Shown one piece after another: positions 1 to 10,500 of a DNA stretch of 64,000 nt; the stretch's first letter is position 1, and every line of letters starts with the position of its first letter. Position numbers and translations under genes: made by a program. This stretch comes from Octopus sinensis (Eukaryota). A model generated the notes under the pieces. The model searched no databases and was not told the DNA's origin. It worked only from the letters and a program-made list of their open reading frames with translations. The stretch is from the NCBI RefSeq assembly GCF_006345805.1, contig NW_021831832.1, positions 408-64,407 of the forward strand, in the 5' to 3' direction.

Positions 1-395
1 CAGGTGCCAGTAAGGCGACGCTGGCAACGATTACACTCGAATGGTGCCTTTTATGTGCCACTGGCACGCAACCAAAGAAAACATGGAAGGGACAGGTGGA
101 GGAGGAGATTGGCAAGGTTGGCTTGAGGATGAAGGACTGCCAAAAATGGGCAAGATGGTGTGAGAGCAGTTGCTGTAAAAAGTGAGGTAAATCTGGCCAC
201 CCCCTCCCGTTAATGGGGACAAACCCGGATTCAAAATATTGGAATTCATTCATAGAAGTATCCTTTATGTTTAAAAATTCATAAAATGTTATATTTGACT
301 TTGTCATGACCCTTTAGGCCTGCATGGGTTGAACGGTTGGATTAGATAGGAACCAGTGAATCCGAGATATTTGACTCCAGTATTTCAATTTTGGT

Positions 396-782
396 GGATG
401 GAAGCACTCCGTCGGTTACGACGACGAGGGTTCCGGTTGATCCAATCAACGGAACAGCCTGCTCGTGAAATTAACGTGTAAGTGGCTGAGCACTCCACAG
501 ACACATGTACCCTTAACGTAGTTCTCGGGGATATTCAGCGTGACACAGAGTGTGACAAGGCCGGCCCTTTGAAATACAGGTACAAGAGAAACAGGAAGAA
601 AGAGTGAGAGAAAGTTGTGGTGAAAGAGTACAGCAGGGATCACCACCATCCCTGCCGGAGCCTCGTGGAGCTTTTAGGTGTTTTCGCTCAATAAACACTC
701 ACAACACCCGGTCTGGGAATCGAAACCGCGATCCTACGACCGCGAGTCCGCTGCCCTAACCACTGGGCCATTGCGCCTCCAC
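396..782 (-). mobile_element. Full-length tRNA-derived SINE (387 bp)
   Basis: 12-bp TSD ttcaattttggt (384-395 and 783-794). Minus-strand head has A box tggcccagtgg and a B-box-like ggtttcgattcc. Confidence 0.9.
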
Positions 783-1006
783 TTCAATTTTGGTATGGTT
801 TATATGACTGGTTGCTCTTCCTAATGCCATGATATGTCTGAAATAATTCCCTTGTAACGTGAGTTTTTAAAGATTCTTGTTAAATTCCAAGAACAGCAAG
901 CAATTTCAGAGCAGCACTAATACTATTTTGAAATTTTACTGTAAACATTTTCTTGAAAATCTGTTTTTAAAACCCAAATTTTAATCGTTTCAGATCCAAA
1001 TTCAAA

Positions 1007-1072
1007 ATGGATGGTGGATCTTCAGAAAACTGTATGAAATATATTCTTTTTTTCTTTAATTTGATCATCTTT
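1007..1072 (+). CDS. Tetraspanin A, coding exon 1 (MDGGSSENCMKYILFFFNLIIF)
   Basis: Acceptor tttcag ends at 993, ATG in aaaATGg context at 1007, donor gtaagt at 1073. C-x-K-Y-x-L-F-x-F-N is the tetraspanin TM1 start. The acceptor upstream of the ATG implies a further non-coding 5' exon. Confidence 0.92.
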
Positions 1073-1165
1073 GTAAGTAGAATTTTACATATTTAAAAAT
1101 TGTCATTAAATTGTTTTACTTGACGATCAGTTACCAATTCTGCAATGATTTTATTTTTTTTTCAG

Positions 1166-1393
1166 ATCTTGGGTATTGCTGGTGTTGCCCTCGGAAGCGT
1201 CTTGCTGGCTAGAAAGGACCTTTTACTAGAGGGGCTTGACGAAATTAAAATTGAAGGTGTTCTTGATGGCTTTGATAATGAGACGATTAAGGCCGGTGCC
1301 ATCGTTCTGATAATTGCATCTGTTGTTGCTGTATTTATTGCATTCTTCGGTTGCTTTGGAACATGGAAAGAGAACATCTGGATGCTTGGAACA
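1166..1393 (+). CDS. Tetraspanin A, exon 2 (end of TM1, small loop, TM2, GCFGTWKEN signature)
   Basis: ttttcag acceptor and gtgagt donor; 228 nt, phase 0. Translates ILGIAGVALG...AFFGCFGTWKENIWMLGT, matching ORF 1145-1417. Confidence 0.95.
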
Positions 1394-1435
1394 GTGAGTA
1401 TATTACCTGCTTTCTAAATAAACTAGGTAAATAGA

Positions 1436-1570
1436 AACCTTCGAACAGAGACGTCAGTGGCGACACCTGCGGTCTGACTGCACTATATTGACATGGGGCA
1501 ATACCCCGAAACGCATCTGTAGCTGTCGGACTGGCAGTGTGAAGCGGCTGACCTCCCTTGTTCGAAGGTT
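1436..1570. mobile_element. 135-bp element with terminal inverted repeats and a degenerate hammerhead-like core
   Basis: aaccttcgaaca / tgttcgaaggtt termini, extending imperfectly to ~22 bp. Inside: ctata-ttgacat-gggg[caata]cccc-GAAA-cgcatc-tgtag at 1483-1522. Confidence 0.5.
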
Positions 1571-1857
1571 ATAATGGATACAGATCGTGTATCAATAGCT
1601 ATCTTGATGGCGGTGGCCTCATGGAGCTGACCAGCTGCAGCGATTATTCTTATATCTATAAGAATGCCATATTAATATGGCGATAACAATTAATTTCAAG
1701 TAAACGCTGCCGCAATCTCTATTATAGAGACTTAGTAATTTTTATATTTCTATTATTGAGAGTTTTTATTATTTTTCCTTATAAAATAGGTTTGGGATTT
1801 GCATGGTAAAGAAATCCTAGGCAGGAAAATAAGACAAATTTGTCTTTTGATTGGAAT

Positions 1858-2330
1858 GTTAGTTGGTTAATTAGTTAATTTTTTGGCTCAAAAAGCAAAA
1901 TGCAAGGCCATGTAGGGGGACATGGAGTTATGTACAGGGTGGTGTTCATGCAAAGAGTTCAGGCCACTTGTGATCAAGGGAGACTTTAAACCGAGCGGTC
2001 ATCGGCATCTTCACCATCTCGTCCGGCAGCTTATTCCACGGATCCGCAACCTGGACGGAGAAAGCCCCTCTCCTTCGATTGAGATGAAATCGTCGCAGGA
2101 AGAGCTTTTCGGAATGACCCCGCAGCCGATGCTCTGGAGCAGGAGTGAAGAACAGCTCTTTTGAGAGGTTACACTTTCTGCTTATGATATTGTGAGCGAG
2201 AATGAGATCACCATGGCATCGTCGTTTTTCTAGAGAATAAAGGTGAGCGTCTTCAGCCTTTCTTCATAAGACAAATTCTTGAGACCAAGAACCATGCGGG
2301 TAGCCAGCTTCTGGACTCTTTCGAGATGCT
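1858..2330 (-). mobile_element. CR1-clade LINE 3' fragment
   Basis: Minus-strand translation HLERVQKLATRMVLGLKNLSYEERLK...GAFSVQVADPWNKLPDEMV is typical of the CR1 ORF2 C-terminus. Confidence 0.82.
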
Positions 2331-2369
2331 ATATATTTATCATACATATTTTGGTACTTGTACCTTTTC

Positions 2370-2709
2370 TTCTTGGGACACAAAACTCTGCTTGCGAAAA
2401 CCTGTTGAGGCAAGTGAAATCGAAATCAATCAAAAATCAATGGAAATTGTAGTTGTGATACCAGTGCCGGTGGCACGTAAAATGCACCAACCGATCGTGG
2501 CTGTTGCCGGCCTCGCCTGGCACCTGTCTCGGTGGCACGATAAAAGCACCCACTACATTCACGGAGTGGTTGGCCATAGGAAGGGCATCCAGCTGTGGAA
2601 ACACTGCCACATCAGACTGGAGCCTGGTGCAGCCTCCTGGCTTCCCAGACCCTTGTCGAACCGTCCAACCCATGCCAGCATGGAAAACAGATGTTAAACG
2701 ATGATGATG
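2370..2709 (+). mobile_element. 5'-truncated RTE copy (last codons, UTR, tail)
   Basis: Conserved RTE 3' block ending gttaaacgatgatgatg. Confidence 0.85.
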
Positions 2710-2856
2710 TAGCAAACACGGTGATGTAAAATCTGAGTAAAATACCTTTTGTTTGTTTGTATATGGCACCTGTAAGGTGTTTGCAGATGCCTTACCATTC
2801 CACAGACAGGTGTATCCATAACTTAATTTCTCAGGTAGAATTAGTGTGACAATCTA

Positions 2857-3203
2857 TCATCATCATCGTTTAGCGTCCGCTTTCCATGCTGGCATGGGTT
2901 GGACGGTGCAACTGGGGTCTGGGAAGCCAGGAGGCTGCACCAGGCCCAGTCTGATCTGGCAATGTTTCTACGGCTGGATGTCCTTCCTAACACCAACCAC
3001 TCCATGAGTGTAGTGGGTGCTTTTTACGTGCCAGGCGAGGCTGGCAAACGGCCACGATCGGATGATGCTTTTTACGTGCCACCGGCATGGAGGCCAGTCG
3101 GGGCGGCGCTGGCAACGGCCACATTCGGATGGTTCTCTTATGTGCCACCGGCATCACAGCTACAATTTCCATTCATGTTGATCGATTTTGATTTTTGATT
3201 TTG
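2857..3203 (-). mobile_element. 5'-truncated RTE copy, inverted relative to 2370-2709
   Basis: Begins catcatcatcgtttagcgtccgc; contains short VNTR units. Confidence 0.85.
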
Positions 3204-3396
3204 AATGTGAATAGCTACGTCTTTCAATTGCAGTTCTTTCATCTGTCATCTGCTCAGTTTCACTTGTGAGCTTTGGGTCAATCCAAAGCTATAGAAAAAA
3301 ACATTTGCTCAAAACGCCAAGCAGTAGAGATGAACCTAGGGCCTCATGGTTCTGAAGCAAATTTAATCAGTTGGTCGTATGTTATAGGTGTATCTG

Positions 3397-3719
3397 TTTC
3401 TTTATTACCCACAAGGGGCTAAACACAGAGAGGACAAACGGATTAAGTTCATTACATCGACCCCAGTAACGGCAGACGAAATACCTATTTCTTTACTACC
3501 CACAAGGAGTCAAACACAGAGAGGACAAACAAGGACAGACAAACAGATTAAGACGATTACATCGACCCCAGTGCGTAACTGGTACTTAATTTATTAACTC
3601 CGAAAAGATGAAAGGCAAAGTTGACCTCGGCGGAATTTGAACTCAGAACGTAACGACAGACGAAATACCGCTAAGCACTTAGCCCGGCGTGCTAACGATT
3701 CTGCCAGCTCACCGCCCTT
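3397..3719 (-). mobile_element. Second SINE family (aaggcggcgagctggcagaatcgttagc head) with duplicated 3' part
   Basis: Same family at 30912-31340 (+), its mirror near 58135-58570 (-), and degenerate copies near 4040-4270, 26385-26560 and 63630-63810. Confidence 0.78.
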
Positions 3720-3837
3720 CCTTGCAAACATAGTAATCCATTAAGGTGCATGTTGTTCAAAGGAGTGAGGTGGGGTGATGATGTTACCTTGGATTCGAAC
3801 AAGGTTGGTTCTAAGAACAGCAACCAGCAGGAGAAAA

Positions 3838-3927
3838 CTTGGCACCACACCCCTTACAACATGGCACCACAGCCCTTACAACATGGCACCACAGCCCTTA
3901 CAACATGGCACCACAGCCCTTACAACA
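3838..3927. repeat. 22-bp minisatellite (acaacatggcaccacagccctt), about 4 copies
   Basis: Read directly; the ORF track cycles through three frames, as expected for a period that is not a multiple of 3. Confidence 0.88.
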
Positions 3928-4370
3928 TTTCCCTTTTTTAACCCAGTCATTCTCAAGGGGTTATATGACACTTGGGGATCCATGTAAGATTTTGTCGATA
4001 AAAATTATCTGCATTAAGCTGTTTACAGTATACAAAATAAGTACCAGTTGAACACTGGGGTCCGATGTAATTGACTCTTCCCCATTTCCCCCAATATTGA
4101 TTATTATTATTATTATTATTACTCAACATTCTGAGTTCAAATTCCGCTGAGGTCGACTTTGCCATTCATCCTTTTGAGGTGATAAATTAAGTACCAGTGC
4201 CACACTGGGGGGGGCGATGTATTAAACTCCCCCCCCCCCCCGCGCCCACCAATTTCAGACCTTGTGCTTATAGTGAAAAGGATTATTCAAAATAGTTTTT
4301 GTTACAACGTTTTTTCCCATTTTTCTCACTGCAATCAGTACTATTTGAACCTATGTCTTTTATTTTCCAG

Positions 4371-4445
4371 TACAGTACAATAATGACCATTATCCTTGCT
4401 CTACAAGTTGCTGTCTTCGTAATGATCATTGTGACTCGGCCAAAG
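4371..4445 (+). CDS. Tetraspanin A, exon 3 (TM3: YSTIMTIILALQVAVFVMIIVTRPK)
   Basis: ttttccag acceptor and gtaatt donor. A 75-nt phase-0 TM3 exon is typical of tetraspanin genes. Confidence 0.92.
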
Positions 4446-4545
4446 GTAATTAGAATTAATTAAGAAAAACCTGATTATTTTTGATACAAATGAATCCAGT
4501 TTTAATTTATTACATATCTTGTTTTATGTTCACTTTTTTTATCAG

Positions 4546-7500
4546 TGATTGTTGCCGGAGCCACTGACTGGCTCCTGTGCCAGTGGCATGTAAAAAGCAC
4601 CATTCGAGCATGATCGTTGCCAGTGTTACCAGACTGGCTCCTGTGCCAGTGGCATGTAAAAAGCACCATTTGAGCATGGTCGATGCCTGACTGGCTCCTG
4701 TGCCAGTGACACATAAAAACACCATTCAAGTGTGGTCATTGCCAGTGGCATGTAAAAAGCACCATTTGAGCATGGTCGATGCCTGACTGGCTCCTGTGCC
4801 AGTGGCACATAAAAACACCATTCAAGTGTGGTCATTACCAGTGGCATGTACAAAGCACCATTCGAGCATGGTCGATGCCAGTGTTACCAGACTGGCTCCT
4901 GTGCCGTGGCATGTAAAAGCACCATTTGAGCATGGTCGATGCCTGACTGGCTCCTGTGCCAGTGGCACATAAAAACACACATTCAAGTGTGGTCATTGCC
5001 AGTGGCATGTAAAAAGCACCATTTGAGCATGATCGTTGCCAGTGTTACCAGACTGGCTCCTGTGCCAGTGACATGTAAAAACACCATTCAAGTGTGGTCA
5101 TTGCCAGTGGCATGTACAAAGCACCATTCGAGCATGATCGTTGCCAGTGTTACCAGACTGGCTCCTGTGCCAGTGGCATGTAAAAAGCCCATTTGAGCAT
5201 GGTCGATGGCTGACTGGCTACTGTGCCAGTGGCACATAAAAACAACACCATTCAAGTGTGGTCATTACCAGTGGCATGTACAAAGCACCATTCGAGCATG
5301 ATCGTTGCCAGTTTTACCAGACTGGCTCCTGTGCCAGTGACATGTAAAAAGCACCGTTTGAGCATGGTCGATGCCTGACTGGCTCCTGTGCCAGTGACAC
5401 ATAAAAACACCATTCAAGTGTGGTCATTACCAGTGGCATGTAAAAAGCACCATTCGAGCATGATCGTTGCCAGTGTTACCAGACTGGCTCCTGTGCCAGT
5501 GGCATGTAAAAAGCACCATTTGAGCATGGTCGATGGCTGACTGGTTCCTGTGCCAGTGACACATAAAAACACCATTCAAGTGTGGTCATTGCCAGTGGCA
5601 TGTAAAAAGCACCATTCGAGCATGGTCGATGCCTGACTGGCTCCTGTGCCAGTGGCACATAAAACAACCATTCAAGTGTGGTCATTACCAGTGGCATGTA
5701 CAAAGCACCATTCGAGCATGATCGTTGCCAGTGTTACCAGACTGGCTCCTGTGCCAGTGGCATGTAAAAAGCACCATTTGAGCATGGTCGATGGCTGACT
5801 GGTTCCTGTGCCAGTGACACAAAAAAACCATTCAAGTGTGGTCATTGCCAGTGGCATGTAAAAGCACCATTCGAGCATGATCGTTGCCAGTGTTACCAGA
5901 CTGGCTCCTGTGCCAGTGGCATGTAAAAAGCACCATTTGAGCATGGTCGATGGCTGACTGGTTCCTGTGCCAGTGGCACATAAAAACACCATTCAAGTGT
6001 GGTCATTGCCAGTGGCATGTAAAAAGCACCATTCGAGCATGATCGTTGCCAGTGTTACCAGACTGGCTCCTGTGCCAGTGGCATGTAAAAAGCACCATTT
6101 GAGCATGGTCGATGGCTGACTGGCTCCTGTGCCAGTGACACATAAAAACACCATTCAAGTGTGGTCATTGCCAGTGGCATGTAAAAAGCACCATTCGAGC
6201 ATGGTCGATGCCTGACTGGCTCCTGTGCCAGTGGCACATAAAAACACCATTCAAGTGTGGTCATTACCAGTGGCATGTACAAAGCACCATTCGAGCATGA
6301 TCGTTGCCAGTGTTACCAGACTGGCTCCTGTGCCAGTGGCATGTAAAAAGCACCATTTGAGCATGGTCGATGCCTGACTGGCTCCTGTGCCAGTGACACA
6401 TAAAAACACCATTCAAGTGTGGTCATTACCAGTGGCATGTACAAAGCACCATTCGAGCATGATCGTTGCCAGTGTTACCAGACTGGCTCCTGTGCCAGTG
6501 GCATGTAAAAAGCACCATTTGAGCATGGTCGATGCCTGACTGGCTCCTGTGCCAGTGGCACATAAAAACACCATTCAAGTGTGGTCATTGCCAGTGGCAT
6601 GTAAAAGCACCATTCGAGCATGATCGTTGCCAGTGTTACCAGACTGGCTCCTGTGCCAGTGACATGTAAAAAGCACCATTTGAGCATGGTCGATGCCTGA
6701 CTGGCTCCTGTGCCAGTGGCACATAAAAACACCATTCAAGTGTGGTCATTGCCAGTGGCATGTAAAAAGCACCATTCGAGCATGATCGTTGCCAGTGTTA
6801 CCAGACTGGCTCCTGTGCCAGTGGCATGTAAAAGCACCATTTGAGCATGGTCGATGCCTGACTGGCTCCTGTGCCAGTGGCACATAAAAACACCATTCAA
6901 GTGTGGTCATTGCCAGTGGCATGTAAAAAGCACCATTCGAGCATGATCGTTGCCAGTGTTACCAGACTGGCTCCTGTGCCAGTGGCATGTAAAAAGCACC
7001 ATTTGAGCATGGTCGATGCCTGACTGGCTCCTGTGCCAGTGGCACATAAAAACACCATTCAAGTGTGGTCATTACCAGTGGCATGTAAAAAGCACCATTC
7101 GAGCATGATCGTTGCCAGTGTTACCAGACTGGCTCCTGTGCCAGAGGCATGTACAAAGCACCATTTGAGCATGGTCGATGGCTAACTGGCTACTGTGCCA
7201 GTGGCACATAAAAACACCATTCAAGTGTGGTCATTACCAGTGGCATGTACAAAGCACCATTCGAGCATGATCGTTGCCAGTGTTACCAGACTGGCTCCTG
7301 TGCCAGTGGCATGTAAAAAGCACCATTTGAGCATGGTCGATGCCTGACTGGCTCCTGTGCCAGTGACACATAAAGACACCATTCAAGTGTGGTCATTACC
7401 AGTGGCATGTACAAAGCACCATTCGAGCATGATCGTTGCCAGTGTTGCCAGACTGGCCCCTGTGCCAGTGGCATATAAAAAGCACCGTTTGAGCATGGTC

Positions 7501-10500
7501 GATGCCTGACTGGCTCCTGTGCCAGTGACACATAGAATCACCATTCAAGTGTGGTCATTGCCAGTGGCATGTAAAAAGCACCATTCGAGCATGATCGTTG
7601 CCAGTGTTACCAGACTGGCTCCTGTGCCAGTGGCATGTAAAAAGCACCATTTGAGCATGGTCGATGCCTGACTGGCTCCTGTGCCAGTGACACATAAAAA
7701 CACCATTCAAGTGTGTTCAATGCCAGTGGCATGTAAAAAGCACCATTCGAGCATGATCGTTGCCAGTGTTACCAGACTGGCTCCTGTGCCAGAGGCATGT
7801 AAAAAGCACCATTTGAGCATGGTCGATGCCTGACTGGCTCCTGTGCCAGTGACACATAAAAACACCATTCAAGTGTGGTCATTGCCAGTGGCATGTAAAA
7901 GCACCATTCGAGCATGATCGTTGCCAGTGTTACCAGACTGGCTCCTGTGCCAGTGGCATGTAAAAAGCACCATTTGAGCATGGCCGATGCCTGACTGGCT
8001 CCTGTGCCAGTGACACATAAAAACCCCATTCAAGTGTGGTCATTACCAGTGGCATGTAAAAAGCACCATTCGAGCATGATCGTTGCCAGTGTTACCAGAC
8101 TGGCTCCTGTGCCAGTGGCATGTAAAAAGCACCATTTGAGCATGGTCGATGCCTGACTGGCTCCTGTGCCAGTGACACATAAAAACACCATTCAAGTGTG
8201 GTCATTACCAGTGGCATGTAAAAAACACCATTTGAGCATGGTCGATGGCTGACTGGCTACTGTGCCAGTGGCACATAAAAACACCATTCAAGTGTGGTCA
8301 TTACCAGTGGCATGTAAAAAGCACCATTCGAGCATGATCGTTGCCAGTGTTACCAGACTGGCTCCTGTGCCAGTGGCATGTAAAAAGCACCATTTGAGCA
8401 TGGTCGATGGCTGACTGGCTACTGTGCCAGTGGCACATAAAAACACCATTCAAGTGTGGTCATTACCAGTGGCATGTAAAAAGCACCATTCGAGCATGAT
8501 CGTTGCCAGTGTTACCAGACTGGCTCCTGTGCCAGTGGCATGTAAAAAGCACCATTTGAGCATGGTCGATGCCTGACTGGCTCCTGTGCCAGTGGCACAT
8601 AAAAACACCATTCAAATGTGGTCATTACCAGTGGCATGTAAAAAGCACCATTCGAGCATGATCGTTGCCAGTGTTACCAGACTGGCTCCTGTGCCAGTGG
8701 CATGTAAAAAGCACCATTTGAGCATGGCCGATGCCTGACTGGCTCCTGTGCCAGTGACACATAAAAACCCCATTCAAGTGTGGTCATTACCAGTGGCATG
8801 TAAAAAGCACCATTCGAGCATGATCGTTGCCAGTGTTACCAGACTGGCTCCTGTGCCAGTGGCATGTAAAAAGCACCATTTGAGCATGGTCGATGCCTGA
8901 CTGGCTCCTGTGCCAGTGACACATAAAAACACCATTCAAGTGTGGTCATTACCAGTGGCATGTAAAAAAACCATTTGAGCATGGTCGATGGCTGACTGGC
9001 TACTGTGCCAGTGCACATAAAAACACCATTCAAGTGTGGTCATTACCAGTGGCATGTAAAAAGCACCATTCGAGCATGATCGTTGCCAGTGTTACCAGAC
9101 TGGCTCCTGTGCCAGTGGCATGTAAAAAGCACCATTTGAGCATGGTCGATGGCTGACTGGCTACTGTGCCAGTGGCACATAAAAACACCATTCAAGTGTG
9201 GTCATTACCAGTGGCATGTACAAAGCACCATTCGAGCATGATCGTTGCCAGTGTTACCAGACTGGCTCCTGTGCCAGTGGCATGTAAAAAGCACCATTTG
9301 AGCATGGTCGATGCCTGACTGGCTCCTGTGCCAGTGACACATAAAAACACCATTCAAGTGTGGTCATTGCCAGTGGCATGTAAAAAGCACCAATCGAGCA
9401 TGGTCGATGCCAGTGTTACCAGACTGGCTCCTGTGCCAGTGGCATGTAAAAAGCACCATTTGAGCATGGTCGATGCCTGACTGGCTCCTGTGCCAGTGAC
9501 ACATAAAAACACCATTCAAGTGTGGTCATTGCCAGTGGCATGTAAAAAGCACCATTCGAGCATGGTCGATGCCAGTGTTACCAGACTGGCTCCTGTGCCA
9601 GTGGCATGTAAAAAGCACCATTTGAGCATGGTCGATGCCTGACTGGCTCCTGTGCCAGTGACACATAAAAACACCATTCAAGTGTGGTCATTGCCAGTGG
9701 CATGTAAAAAGCACCATTCGAGCATGGTCGATGCCAGTGTTACCAGACTGGCTCCTGTGCCAGTGGCATGTAAAAAGCACCATTTGAGCATGGTCGATGC
9801 CTGACTGGCTCCTGTGCCAGTGACACATAAAAACACCATTCAAGTGTGGTCATTGCCAGTGGCATGTAAAAAGCACCATTCGAGCATGGTCGATGCCAGT
9901 GTTACCAGACTGGCTCCTGTGCCAGTGGCATGTAAAAAGCACCATTTGAGCATGGTCGATGCCTGACTGGCTCCTGTGCCAGTGACACATAAAAACACCA
10001 TTCAAGTGTGGTCATTGCCAGTGGCATGTAAAAAGCACCATTCGAGCATGGTCGATGCCAGTGTTACCAGACTGGCTCCTGTGCCAGTGGCATGTAAAAA
10101 GCACCATTTGAGCATGGTCGATACCTGACTGGCTCCTGTGCCAGTGACACATAAAAACACCATTCAAGTGTGGTCATTGCCAGTGGCATGTAAAAGCACC
10201 ATTTGAGCATGGTCGATGCCTGACTGGCTCCTGTGCCAGTGACACATAAAAACACCATTCAAGTGTGGTCATTGCCAGTGGCATGTAAAAAGCACCATTC
10301 GAGCATGGTCGATGCCAGTGTTACCAGACTGGCTCCTGTGCCAGTGGCATGTAAGAAGCACCATTTGAGCATGGTCGATACCTGACTGGCTCCTGTGCCA
10401 GTGACACATAAAAACACCATTCAAGTGTGGTCATTGCCAGTGGCATGTAAAAGCACCATTTGAGCATGGTCGATGCCTGACTGGCTCCTGTGCCAGTGAC

